64,000 nucleotides of DNA from an uncultured delta proteobacterium. GTDB taxonomy: Bacteria > Desulfobacterota > Binatia > UBA9968. The stretch spans positions 64,001 through 128,000 of the forward strand of contig CAVYTU010000016.1 of NCBI GenBank assembly GCA_963771465.1. Reading direction: 5' to 3'. The notes beneath the pieces were generated by a model, which made no database searches, was not told where the DNA came from, and saw nothing but the letters and a program-made list of their open reading frames with translations. Position numbers and translations under genes: made by a program. Positions 19,806 to 29,081 of this stretch are shown in pieces (position 1 is the stretch's first letter; each line of letters opens with the position of its first letter).

Positions 19806-21968
19806 TCAATAACGACCCCTTCCCACTTTTGCCTCGGGTCGTTCAAGCTCTTTTTTCGCCGCCGCCACAATGCGCACCGCGCAGGCTTTGTACTCGGGAA
19901 TCTTGGCCAGAGGATCCAACGCATCGATCGTCAGCAGATTGGCGGCGGCTTCGGCAAAATGCATGGGAATAAAAACTACGCCCACCGTCGTTCGCTGGGT
20001 TACCCAAGCGCGCAGGACGATGGAGCCGCGCCGCGATGAGACGCGCACGGCCTGCTCGTCTTCGAGCTTGAGACGGGCGGCGTCGGCGGGATTGATTTCA
20101 ATGCGCGCCTCGGGATTCAATTGATCCAATTTTGAATGGCGCGTGAGCGTGCCGCCATGCCAGTGTTCGAGCAGCCGTCCTGTGGTCAGGATGAACGGAT
20201 ATTCTTCGTCGGGCATCTCCACGGATGGGATGTAATCGCAGTCATAAAATTTGCCTTTGCCGCGCGGGAAGCTTTCGGCGAAAAGATAGGGCGTGCCGGG
20301 ATGATTGTCGTCCCACACCGGTGTCTGTAAGCCCTGCTGTTCGATGCGCGGATATTTCACGCCGGCATATTCCGGCACAACGCTCCCCATCTCTTCGAGC
20401 ACTTCTGACGGGTGTTGATATGCCCAAATGGCGGTCTGCCGGCGGTCGAGCTTTTTTTCGATACGCGAGGCGAGGTCGCAGATGATCTGCCAATCGGCTC
20501 GCGCCTGGCCGCGCGGTTCCAGCGCCTTGCGCACGCGCTGGACGCGGCGGTCGGTATTCGTAAACGTGCCTTCCTTCTCCGCCCAGGAGGCGGCGGGCAA
20601 AAACACATCGGCGTAGGCGCCGGATTCGTTGATGAACAAGTCTTGCGCCACCAGAAACTCCAACTGTTCCATCATATGCCGCGTATGATTTAAGTTGGGC
20701 TCGGACATCATCGGATTTTCGCCCATGATGTGCAGTGCGCGCACGCCGCCCGGCCCGACCGCGCTCATGATTTCAGTTGTCGTCAGCCCGAGCTTGCGAT
20801 TGAGCGCGCCGAGCTCGATATTCCACGCCTGCTCGAACTTGCGCGCGGACGTTTCGTCATCAACGCGCTGATAACCGGGATAATGCCATGGCATGGCGCC
20901 GGCGTCCGACGCGCCCTGGACGTTGTTTTGCCCCCGCAGCGGATTCAAACCCGTGCCTTTGCGGCCGATGTGGCCGGTTAGCAATGCAAGATGGATGAGC
21001 GTCATGGCATTGTCGGTGCCGTGGGAGTGCTCGGGAATCCCCAGCGCCCAATAAATCGCCGCATTCTTCGCCGTGGCATACATCCGCGCCGCCTGGATGA
21101 TCAAATTACGTTCGACGCCGGAAATCGCTTCGGCGTATTCGGGCGTAAATTTCTCCATGGACTTCACGAAATCGTCGAAGCCTTCGGTGCGCCGCTCGAT
21201 AAAATCCTGATTATAGAGGCGCTCTTTGATGATCACATGCGCCATGGCGGAAAAGAGCGGCACGTCGGTGCCCGGCTTCTCGGGCAACCAGAGCGTTGCC
21301 CAGTTGACCATATCCACCCGGCGCGGATCGACGACGATGAGCTTGGCATCGTGCTTTTCCACTGCGGCTTTCATTTGCAGAGCGATGATCGGATGGGTTT
21401 CCGCGGTATTCGACCCGGTCACCAGAAAAACATCGCTGTGAATCACTTCAGCAGCGGTGTTGCTCATCGCCGAGGAGCCGAGCGCCATTTGCAGCGCGAC
21501 CACCGAGCCGGCATGACACAAACGAGTACAGTGGTCGACGTTATTGCTGCGGAACAGGGTGCGGTACAGCTTCTGCAGGAGGTAGTTGTCTTCGTTGGTC
21601 GCCTTGGCGCAGCAGTAAACCGCCATGGCGTCCGCGCCATCGCGGCTGTAAATTTCGCACAGCCGGTCGTTGGTATAGTCGAGTGCCTCGTCCCACGAGA
21701 CTTCGCGCCACTGGGCGCGGTCGAAGGCCTGAGTGCGCGCGCCCGGCGTTTGCGCGGTCTTGCGAATCAGCGGCGTTGTTACACGGTCTTTGTTGTAGAC
21801 GAAGTCGTAGCCAAATCGTCCCTTGACGCAGAGGTTGCCGTGGTTCACCACCGAGTCAAAGGACGAGGTCACTTTGAAAATGTAGTCGTCCTTTATGTGC
21901 AGCTCGAGACCGCATCCCACGCCGCAGTAAGGGCAAGTAGTCGGTACCGTGCGATCGGAGGTGATCAT
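19806..21968 (-). CDS. fdhF: Formate dehydrogenase alpha subunit (Cys-ligated, bis-MGD)
   Basis: [43 protein letters not shown]. Confidence 0.9.
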   Translation of the reverse strand: MITSDRTVPTTCPYCGVGCGLELHIKDDYIFKVTSSFDSVVNHGNLCVKGRFGYDFVYNKDRVTTPLIRKTAQTPGARTQAFDRAQWREVSWDEALDYTNDRLCEIYSRDGADAMAVYCCAKATNEDNYLLQKLYRTLFRSNNVDHCTRLCHAGSVVALQMALGSSAMSNTAAEVIHSDVFLVTGSNTAETHPIIALQMKAAVEKHDAKLIVVDPRRVDMVNWATLWLPEKPGTDVPLFSAMAHVIIKERLYNQDFIERRTEGFDDFVKSMEKFTPEYAEAISGVERNLIIQAARMYATAKNAAIYWALGIPEHSHGTDNAMTLIHLALLTGHIGRKGTGLNPLRGQNNVQGASDAGAMPWHYPGYQRVDDETSARKFEQAWNIELGALNRKLGLTTTEIMSAVGPGGVRALHIMGENPMMSEPNLNHTRHMMEQLEFLVAQDLFINESGAYADVFLPAASWAEKEGTFTNTDRRVQRVRKALEPRGQARADWQIICDLASRIEKKLDRRQTAIWAYQHPSEVLEEMGSVVPEYAGVKYPRIEQQGLQTPVWDDNHPGTPYLFAESFPRGKGKFYDCDYIPSVEMPDEEYPFILTTGRLLEHWHGGTLTRHSKLDQLNPEARIEINPADAARLKLEDEQAVRVSSRRGSIVLRAWVTQRTTVGVVFIPMHFAEAAANLLTIDALDPLAKIPEYKACAVRIVAAAKKELERPEAKVGRGRY

Positions 21969-22666
21969 GGTGATTTCCTCCGGCGCTTTTGTCCGCCTCT
22001 CGTTGCCTGTAGGATTTCATCCAACGAGAATCCTTGCTCCAGCAGCGACTCGCGCTTGGACTTGAGCGCGCCGGTAGGGCAGACGCCAACGCACTGGCCG
22101 CAAAATACGCAGGTTGTATCTGGCATGGGTTTGTCAAAAAAGGTGCCGATGCTGGTGTCAAAGCCGCGTCCGGTGAAGTTGATCGCGTAGGTGAACTGCG
22201 CGTCCTCGGCGCAGACTTGAACGCAGCGCCAGCACAGAATGCACTTGGAATAATCGCGGATATACATCGGGTTATCATCGAGCACCGGATACTCGCGCCG
22301 TTCGGCGTCGGGAAAGCGCGCCGGGTCGGCGTGATTTTCGTCCATCAACTTTTGAATCTCCGGCGCCTGCGAGAGGTCCACGGCCGAGGCGAGCATTTCA
22401 AGAATAGTGCGGCGGCTGCGTTCGGCTCTCACACTCGAGGTCGACACCTCGATGCCCTCGCGCACCGCAGTCAGGCACGCCGGGACCAGTGCCTTTACAC
22501 CTTTGATTTCGACCACACAGATGCGACAGAGCCCATTGGCCGTACAATGATCGTGATAGCAAATCGTCGGAACTTGCCGGTCGACCCGCTGTGCGGCTTT
22601 GAGGATCGTCGTTGCCTCGGGCACGGTGACTGAATTGTCGTCTATAGTAAGAGTCACATCAGGCAT
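21965..22666 (-). CDS. Fe-S subunit (NuoG/HoxU N-terminal-like, 2Fe-2S plus 2x4Fe-4S)
   Basis: [37 protein letters not shown]. Confidence 0.9.
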   Translation of the reverse strand: MPDVTLTIDDNSVTVPEATTILKAAQRVDRQVPTICYHDHCTANGLCRICVVEIKGVKALVPACLTAVREGIEVSTSSVRAERSRRTILEMLASAVDLSQAPEIQKLMDENHADPARFPDAERREYPVLDDNPMYIRDYSKCILCWRCVQVCAEDAQFTYAINFTGRGFDTSIGTFFDKPMPDTTCVFCGQCVGVCPTGALKSKRESLLEQGFSLDEILQATRGGQKRRRKSP

Positions 22667-22706
22667 AAGTTATTCCTGCGGTTAAGCAGCTGGAAAATTG
22701 TGAATC

Positions 22707-24434
22707 TTATTTCCTCGCATTGAACATTTCCGGCCACAACTTCATCGCGCTCAATATCGCCGTGGGCGCCGTCTGGCCGAGGCCGCACAAGGACGCGTCG
22801 ATCATCGTCGAACCGACGTCCGCTAAGCGTTCCCGGTCACCGGCAAGCGAAAGCCCGGCTGCGGCGCGGTCGAGAATCTCATACTGGCGGCGCGCGCCGA
22901 GCTGGCAGGGATAGCATTTGCCACAGCTTTCGTCGGCAAAAAAGTGCGCTAACCGCTTGAGCACGTCGCTCATGTACGCGCTATCATCGAACACCATGAC
23001 CGCGCCGGAGCCGAGAGGCAAGCCCGCCGCGCTCAGGTTCTCAAACGACAAGATCACATCAAGGTCTTTTTCAACGGCAAATGCGCCCGCCGCGCCGCCC
23101 ATGAGCACCGCCTGAAGCTGGCGTCCCGGTTTCAGTCCGCCGGCGAGATCGAACAACAGATGGCGCAAAGTGACGCCGAAGGGCACCTCGTAAAGCCCGG
23201 GCTGCTGGATCTGGCCCGACACGCAAAACAGTTTCGGACCGGGCGACCGCTCTGTGCCGATTTTCCGATACTCCGCGGCGCCACTTTCGAGAATCAGCGG
23301 GATGTTGCAGAAGGTCTCGACGTTGTTGATCACGGTGGGTTTGCCGAATAGTCCGTGGGTGGTGGGGAACGGCGGCTTGATGCGCGGCAAGCCGCGCTTG
23401 CCCTCGATGGATTCCAGCAGCGCGGTTTCTTCGCCGCAAATGTAGGCGCCGGCGCCCAGGCGCATTTCAATTTCGAAAGCCAATCCGGCGCCGAAAATAT
23501 TGCCGCCGATGACGCCGGCTTGGCGCGCCTCCGCCACCGCTTCGCTCATGACCTTAAAGGCGTAAGGATATTCGCCGCGCACGTAAATATAACCCCGACT
23601 CGCGCCCACGGCATAGGCCGCGATGATCATCCCCTCGATGGTGCGGTGCGGGTCTTCCTCCATGAGAATGCGGTCTTTGAACGTGCCGGGTTCGGATTCG
23701 TCGGCGTTGCAGACGATATACTTGGGTTGGCCCGGCGCGGATGCCGCTCCATCCCACTTGATGCCGGTGGGAAATGCCGCGCCGCCGCGGCCGACCAATC
23801 CCGCTGCCTTCACTTCAGCAAGGACATCTTGCCGCGTCATGGTTAACGCTTTATTTAGTCCGGCGTAACCACCCCGCGTCCGGTAGTCGACGAAGGACGT
23901 CGGATGGCCTTGGCCACAATTGTTCGTAAGGCTACGGATATCGCCGCCGACAAAGCCCATGACTGGCTCGCCACTTGGCGTGCATATGGCGGCAGCTTGC
24001 TCGGCATCGGCATTGCCAAGCGCGACTTCGCCGACAAGCAATGCGGGCGCGCGGTCACACAAGCCGAGGCAAGGCGCGTGTTCAACGGTGAACGCGCCAT
24101 CCGAGCTGACTTTCCCCGGCTCGATCTGCAAGTGTCGGCACAATGCGTCCGTCACCGCGGTGGCTCCGGCAAGGGCGCACACCGGCGCGCTGCAGACACG
24201 CACGATAGTCCGGCCCACAGGTTGCCGATTAAACATCTCGTAGAAATCGATGACACCATAGACATCGGCGAGCGGCACGCCCAGCGTGTGCGCCACTTCT
24301 GCCGCAACCGGTTCGGGCAGCCAGCCGTGGACACGCTGAGCGGCGTGCAAAGCTGGCAGGAGCGCCGGGCGACCTTGCGGCGCCAACGCGGCAAGGAGCG
24401 CGCGCACGGGAATCAGTTCGCTATCAGTCGTCAT
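22707..24434 (-). CDS. NuoE-NuoF fused diaphorase subunit
   Basis: CSAPVC..CLGLC; GRGGAAFPTG, NADESEPG, YICGEETAL, ESCGKCYPC..SLCGLG. Confidence 0.9.
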   Translation of the reverse strand: MTTDSELIPVRALLAALAPQGRPALLPALHAAQRVHGWLPEPVAAEVAHTLGVPLADVYGVIDFYEMFNRQPVGRTIVRVCSAPVCALAGATAVTDALCRHLQIEPGKVSSDGAFTVEHAPCLGLCDRAPALLVGEVALGNADAEQAAAICTPSGEPVMGFVGGDIRSLTNNCGQGHPTSFVDYRTRGGYAGLNKALTMTRQDVLAEVKAAGLVGRGGAAFPTGIKWDGAASAPGQPKYIVCNADESEPGTFKDRILMEEDPHRTIEGMIIAAYAVGASRGYIYVRGEYPYAFKVMSEAVAEARQAGVIGGNIFGAGLAFEIEMRLGAGAYICGEETALLESIEGKRGLPRIKPPFPTTHGLFGKPTVINNVETFCNIPLILESGAAEYRKIGTERSPGPKLFCVSGQIQQPGLYEVPFGVTLRHLLFDLAGGLKPGRQLQAVLMGGAAGAFAVEKDLDVILSFENLSAAGLPLGSGAVMVFDDSAYMSDVLKRLAHFFADESCGKCYPCQLGARRQYEILDRAAAGLSLAGDRERLADVGSTMIDASLCGLGQTAPTAILSAMKLWPEMFNARK

Positions 24435-24640
24435 CCAGTGTTCCAACTGTCGATGATGTTTCACTCGATCGTCGCCGTTTCCGATAACGGCGTGACCGTT
24501 GGCTCGAACTGTGAAGCGTTGCGGTTCGATCGCGATGGTGCACTAGCCCCAGAGCACTCTTCAAGCCAACGCTTAAGCCGTAACATTTAGGCGGCGCCCA
24601 ACGCAATCACACCTAGCGCCAGCGAAATGGCAACTTCAAC

Positions 24641-25435
24641 TCAGGGATTGTACGGATTGTCCAACGCGGCTTGTTTCATTTGCGCGTGCAGATCGACCAT
24701 GGTGAGTGCGCAGTATTCGAGCGAATAGCCGGCGCGGAACTCGACGCTCTCCTGCAAGGCGCGTGTCAGCACGGTGCGATTGAACGCGCCGTGGCCCATC
24801 GCTTCTTCGCCGTTCTCGCCGAGCTTGTGGGTGTCCATGTCGGCCTCTTCATGGGTCGAAAAATAGACCGCGTCTTGCTTGCTAAAGCCATAGTGCGTGG
24901 TCAACGCGGTGAACCATTGTCCCGACCACATGGAAAGCGACTCTTCGAAAACATGCAGCCCCCAAAGCTCGACGATGGAGCCGTCGATGAAAACCTTGTG
25001 GCAGAAGTCGTTGATCGAGCGAGCGGCGGGCAGATAGGGGTCTTCCAGCATTTCCTTCTTGTTAAGCCCCATTTTTTCGGCGGTTTGCAAAAGCACCAAT
25101 ACATGGCCGGGCGCTTTGGGCGAGATCAATTCATCGGCGATCTTGGTGCAGAACGGTCCCAGCAGGTCGAAGTTACGCACGAAGAAGGGCAAATGGGTGT
25201 AGTAGGAAACCGCGTTCAGGGCGTTTACTTCCAGGGAAAAATGGCCCCAGTTTTTAAAAAACTGGCGCATCACCGGAAGCGGCAGTGTGCCGTCGCGCAA
25301 CTGGGTCATGAAGGCGCCGTTGTAAATTTTCGCATGGGCATATTTGTAAAGCGTCTTATACAGATAGTCGACGTAGGCGGTGGCGTCTTGCTCGCTAAAT
25401 TTTTCCCCTGCCTTGGGTTCTTTGATCGTGCTCAC
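24641..25435 (-). CDS. Heme-oxygenase-like diiron protein (PqqC/CADD/TenA fold)
   Basis: DE-x7-H, FEE, HEEAD...H ligand set; GTG start chosen from GGAGG RBS (ORF track starts at 25492). Confidence 0.65.
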   Translation of the reverse strand: MSTIKEPKAGEKFSEQDATAYVDYLYKTLYKYAHAKIYNGAFMTQLRDGTLPLPVMRQFFKNWGHFSLEVNALNAVSYYTHLPFFVRNFDLLGPFCTKIADELISPKAPGHVLVLLQTAEKMGLNKKEMLEDPYLPAARSINDFCHKVFIDGSIVELWGLHVFEESLSMWSGQWFTALTTHYGFSKQDAVYFSTHEEADMDTHKLGENGEEAMGHGAFNRTVLTRALQESVEFRAGYSLEYCALTMVDLHAQMKQAALDNPYNP

Positions 25436-25550
25436 TAACACCTCCGACAGATTCGCCTTCAGTATAGCTTCAGCAGTTATCATCGGCCCCAAAGCGAGTC
25501 AAGAAAGCGGCGCGAATTGCAATCACCCAAGCTTGCGCTAAGATGGCTCG

Positions 25551-25907
25551 ATGGCCACTCGCCCGAGCAAAGAGATCGACACTTTTGCCAATCCGCGGCC
25601 GGAGCGCGATTATGAAATCAACATGGATTGCCCGGAGTTCACCTGTGTCTGCCCGAAAACCGGCCAGCCCGATTTCGCCACCATCAAAATCACCTACGTG
25701 CCGGATCAGCGCTGCATCGAACTCAAAGCGCTGAAACTTTATCTTTGGTCCTATCGCGATGAAGGCGCGTTTCACGAGGCGGTGATCAATCGGATTCTCG
25801 ACGATCTCGTGGCGGCGTGCCGGCCGCGCACGATGACGGTGGTCGGCGACTTCAACGTGCGCGGCGGCATCCATACGACGGTTACGGCGACGCACACTCA
25901 GCGCTGA
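25551..25907 (+). CDS. queF: NADPH-dependent preQ0 reductase (type I)
   Basis: [33 protein letters not shown]. Confidence 0.95.
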   Translation: MATRPSKEIDTFANPRPERDYEINMDCPEFTCVCPKTGQPDFATIKITYVPDQRCIELKALKLYLWSYRDEGAFHEAVINRILDDLVAACRPRTMTVVGDFNVRGGIHTTVTATHTQR

Positions 25908-25935
25908 TTCACGGAAAATCTTAGTTTCAGCGCCA

Positions 25936-26137
25936 CTGTGAGCAAACTGTGCACAAGCTGTGGTTTGATACTTGGATGTGAGCGCTTCGATTGAACAAAC
26001 CTCACGCCCACGGATTATCGACAACTTCTCAGCAAAATCGTTTGGCGATAATAGTTTTGCGCAAAGCTAACAATTTTCTTGCATTTTAGTTTTTTTACTC
26101 TACATTCGCGTAACACCAAACAATTAAACGTCGATAA
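25936..26137. promoter_or_regulatory. Cluster of degenerate DnaA-box-like sites and AT-rich tract upstream of dnaB
   Basis: TGTGAGCAA/TGTGCACAA/TGTGGTTTG at 11-bp period (25937, 25948, 25959); TTATCGACA 26015; CGTCGATAA 26129; T-rich tract ~26068-26100. Confidence 0.45.
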
Positions 26138-26173
26138 GTCACTTCAGTTTCGTAGTGCATCGAGCGTCGTTTC

Positions 26174-27550
26174 ATGGCTGCCTTAGAAGATAATCTGCGC
26201 AAAGTGCCGCCGCAAAACTTGGAGGCCGAGTCTTCCGTGCTCGGCGGTATCATGCTCGAGAACGAAGCGGTCAACCAAGTTCTCGAACTCCTGCGGCCGG
26301 AGGACTTCTACCGCGAGTCGCACCGTAAGGTTTTCCGCGCCATGATCGAAATCACCGATCGCAGCGAGCCGGTGGATTTGATCACGCTCAGCGAGTTTCT
26401 CAAGGGCAAACAGGAGTTGGAAGCGGTCGGCGGCACGGCCTATTTGGCGTCGCTGGCCGATTTTGTGCCGACGGCGGCGAACATTTCCTACTACGCCCGC
26501 ATCGTGCGTGAGAAGTCGATTTTGCGCAGCTTGATTTCCACCGCCACCGAGATCGCCACGCGCGGCTACGAAGAGCAAGGCAGTGTCGAAGAGTTCCTCG
26601 ACGCCGCCGAAAAAGTCATCTTCGACATCTCCGAAAAAAAGATCAAAGCGTCCTTCGTCGCCGTTGGCGACATGATCACGGACACGCTGAAAACCGTCGA
26701 GAAACTTTATCAGCGTAAAGAGATGATCACCGGTGTGTCCACCGGGTACGAAGATCTGGACAAGATCACCGCGGGCTTGCAGCCCGCCGATTTGATCATT
26801 GTCGCCGGCCGTCCCGGCATGGGCAAAACCGCCTTCGCTCTCAACATCGCCACCAACGCGGCTTACACCGGCGTCGGCGCCGCGATATTTTCCCTTGAAA
26901 TGGCCAAAGAACAATTGGTCCTGCGCATGCTTTGTTCCGAGGCGCGCGTCAATAGCTCCAAAGTTCGCTCTGGCTATTTAGGCGAGCGCGACTTTCCCCA
27001 GCTCGCCAAGGCGGCCGGCCGCTTGCACGATGCGCCGATCTATATCGATGACACACCGGCGATTTCCGTCCTTGAGCTGCGCGCCAAGGCGCGCCGTTTG
27101 TTGCGCGACCGTTCGAAGAAGGTCGGCTTGATCGTGGTCGATTACTTGCAGTTGATGCGCGGCATGGGCAACGCCAACAACCGCGAGCAGGAAATTTCTG
27201 AAATCTCACGCTCCCTAAAAGCACTCGCCAAGGAGCTCAATGTTCCCGTGATCGCGCTCTCGCAGCTTAATCGCAAGGTCGAAGATCGAACCGGGAGAAA
27301 GCCGCAGATGTCCGACCTTCGTGAATCCGGCGCCATAGAACAAGACGCAGATGTGATCATGTTCATTTACCGCGAAGAGCTCTATGACAAAAGCAACGAC
27401 GACGTAAAAGGTATGGCGGAGGTTATCGTCGAAAAACAGCGTAATGGGCCTACCGGTACCGTCAAACTTACGTTCATTGGCGAGTTTACCCGTTTCGAAA
27501 ACTACACGGAGCGGGATTTCGGCGGCTACGACGAAGCGGACGAAGCGTAG
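26174..27550 (+). CDS. dnaB: Replicative DNA helicase
   Basis: GRPGMGKT, FSLEM, VVDYLQL, LSQLNR, SDLRESGAIEQDAD, KQRNGPTG; no intein. Confidence 0.97.
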   Translation: MAALEDNLRKVPPQNLEAESSVLGGIMLENEAVNQVLELLRPEDFYRESHRKVFRAMIEITDRSEPVDLITLSEFLKGKQELEAVGGTAYLASLADFVPTAANISYYARIVREKSILRSLISTATEIATRGYEEQGSVEEFLDAAEKVIFDISEKKIKASFVAVGDMITDTLKTVEKLYQRKEMITGVSTGYEDLDKITAGLQPADLIIVAGRPGMGKTAFALNIATNAAYTGVGAAIFSLEMAKEQLVLRMLCSEARVNSSKVRSGYLGERDFPQLAKAAGRLHDAPIYIDDTPAISVLELRAKARRLLRDRSKKVGLIVVDYLQLMRGMGNANNREQEISEISRSLKALAKELNVPVIALSQLNRKVEDRTGRKPQMSDLRESGAIEQDADVIMFIYREELYDKSNDDVKGMAEVIVEKQRNGPTGTVKLTFIGEFTRFENYTERDFGGYDEADEA

Positions 27551-27626
27551 CGCTGCGCACCTCATTAGATTACAAATTTCCAATTTCACAATTCTCGACC
27601 ATTGCACGAGCGGATTCTGTTAATCG

Positions 27627-28490
27627 ATGCAGACCAGGTTAATCAAGCGGTGGCTCTTGCTTGCCGCAGGGCTGCTGCTTTTATCGCTCTCCAGCGCCGG
27701 CCAAATCAAAGCGGCCAGTGCGCCGGCGTTACTGCTCGCCAATGAGCTTGGGCCCAACGTCGACCCGGCGCAGTATCTGGTCAGTGAAAAATTTGACGGC
27801 GTGCGGGCGGCGTGGGATGGCAAGGTGCTGCGCTTTCGCAGCGGCCGAGTCGTGCCCGCGCCGGCGTGGTTTATCGCCAAACTCCCTCCCCAACCTCTCG
27901 ATGGTGAGCTTTGGCTGGCGCGCAACCGCTTCGATGCGCTCTCCGGGATGGTACGCAAGAGCGAGCCGGTCGACGACGAATGGCGCCAGATTAGCTATCT
28001 GATCTTCGAGTTGCCCGGCGCGTACGGCATTTTCGCCGAGCGGGCCGAGCGCATCAAAGAGATCGTCGCCCAGACGCAGTGGCCGAAGTTGATCGCCGTC
28101 CAGCAGTTTCGCGTCGCCAATCGCGCCGCCCTCAAAAAAAAGCTCGACGAGGTGGTGCGCGCCGGCGGCGAAGGCCTAATGCTTCATCTAGCGGACGCGC
28201 CCTATGTGACCGGCCGGAGCGACGCCCTGCTCAAGCTCAAACCGTTGCAGGACACCGAGGCGGAAGTCATCGAGCATGTCGCGGGCAAAGGCAAATATAC
28301 CGGTATGCTCGGCGCGTTGCGCGTGCGTACGCCGGAGGGCAAAGTGTTTCTTCTTGGCACCGGGTTTACCGACGACGTGAGGAAAAATCCACCGCCGGTG
28401 GGCGCGACCGTCACTTACACCTATCGTGGAATAACCAAAACGGGATTGCCGCGCTTCGCCAGTTACCTGCGCGTGCGCGAGAATTTTTGA
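27627..28490 (+). CDS. Minimal ATP-dependent DNA ligase with N-terminal signal peptide (Lig E-type)
   Basis: SEKFDGVRA (motif I), LDGELW, EGLML, LLKLKP, OB domain GTGF, PRF; basic plus hydrophobic leader. Confidence 0.88.
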   Translation: MQTRLIKRWLLLAAGLLLLSLSSAGQIKAASAPALLLANELGPNVDPAQYLVSEKFDGVRAAWDGKVLRFRSGRVVPAPAWFIAKLPPQPLDGELWLARNRFDALSGMVRKSEPVDDEWRQISYLIFELPGAYGIFAERAERIKEIVAQTQWPKLIAVQQFRVANRAALKKKLDEVVRAGGEGLMLHLADAPYVTGRSDALLKLKPLQDTEAEVIEHVAGKGKYTGMLGALRVRTPEGKVFLLGTGFTDDVRKNPPPVGATVTYTYRGITKTGLPRFASYLRVRENF

Positions 28491-28587
28491 TTTTCTTAAA
28501 ATCTGCGATTTATTCTGACGCTCGCCTTCATGCAGCGGTTTGAAGTTGAATCAGTAAGTTTGCGCGATCCTACTGGGTCGAGGGTTT

Positions 28588-29016
28588 TCAACTGCTGATG
28601 TAGCGCACGAGTTGTTCGATGATGAACTGCTGGTCGGAGATGATCGATTTGACCAAATCGCCGATGGAGATGACACCGACGAGTTTGCCTTCGGCCATGA
28701 CCGGAAGATGTCGAATACGCTTTTCTGTTATTAAAGCCATGCACTCTTCGATGGATTGGTCGAGGTGAGTATAGACCACATGGCTGGTCATTATTTCCTT
28801 GACCAAAGTGGTCGGCGAGGCGCGCCCATGCAGAATGACCTTGCGGGCGTAGTCGCGCTCGGAAATGAGGCCAACGATTTGCGCTCCTTCCGTGACCACC
28901 AAAGCGCCGACTTGTTTTTCGGCCATGCGTTGGAGCGCGGCGAATACGGTGGCGTCGGGCTCGACGCACCAAACATCGGCTCCTTTAACCTTTAGGATGT
29001 CTCGGACCGTTTTCAT
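28588..29016 (-). CDS. CBS-domain pair protein
   Basis: GLISERDYARK, IRHLPV, GVISIGDLVK. Confidence 0.92.
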   Translation of the reverse strand: MKTVRDILKVKGADVWCVEPDATVFAALQRMAEKQVGALVVTEGAQIVGLISERDYARKVILHGRASPTTLVKEIMTSHVVYTHLDQSIEECMALITEKRIRHLPVMAEGKLVGVISIGDLVKSIISDQQFIIEQLVRYISS

Positions 29017-29081
29017 GGGAGACCTCCCTTTCGCCGCCGTGTAGGCTTGCAACGACTTACTTAAATAATCAGCCTCTTAGA

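Noticed and set aside
19806-21968. Selenocysteine in FdhF
   Set aside because: The active site reads TRLCH with Cys and the ORF is uninterrupted
20991-22190. Long antisense ORFs (also 32675..33622, 35653..36663, 37248..38198, 46702..47613, 58475..59443)
   Set aside because: They are shadows of well-supported genes on the opposite strand, expected from GC-rich codon bias
26174-28490. Prophage or plasmid replication module (helicase plus ligase)
   Set aside because: DnaB looks like the ordinary chromosomal type, and there are no integrase, primase or structural genes
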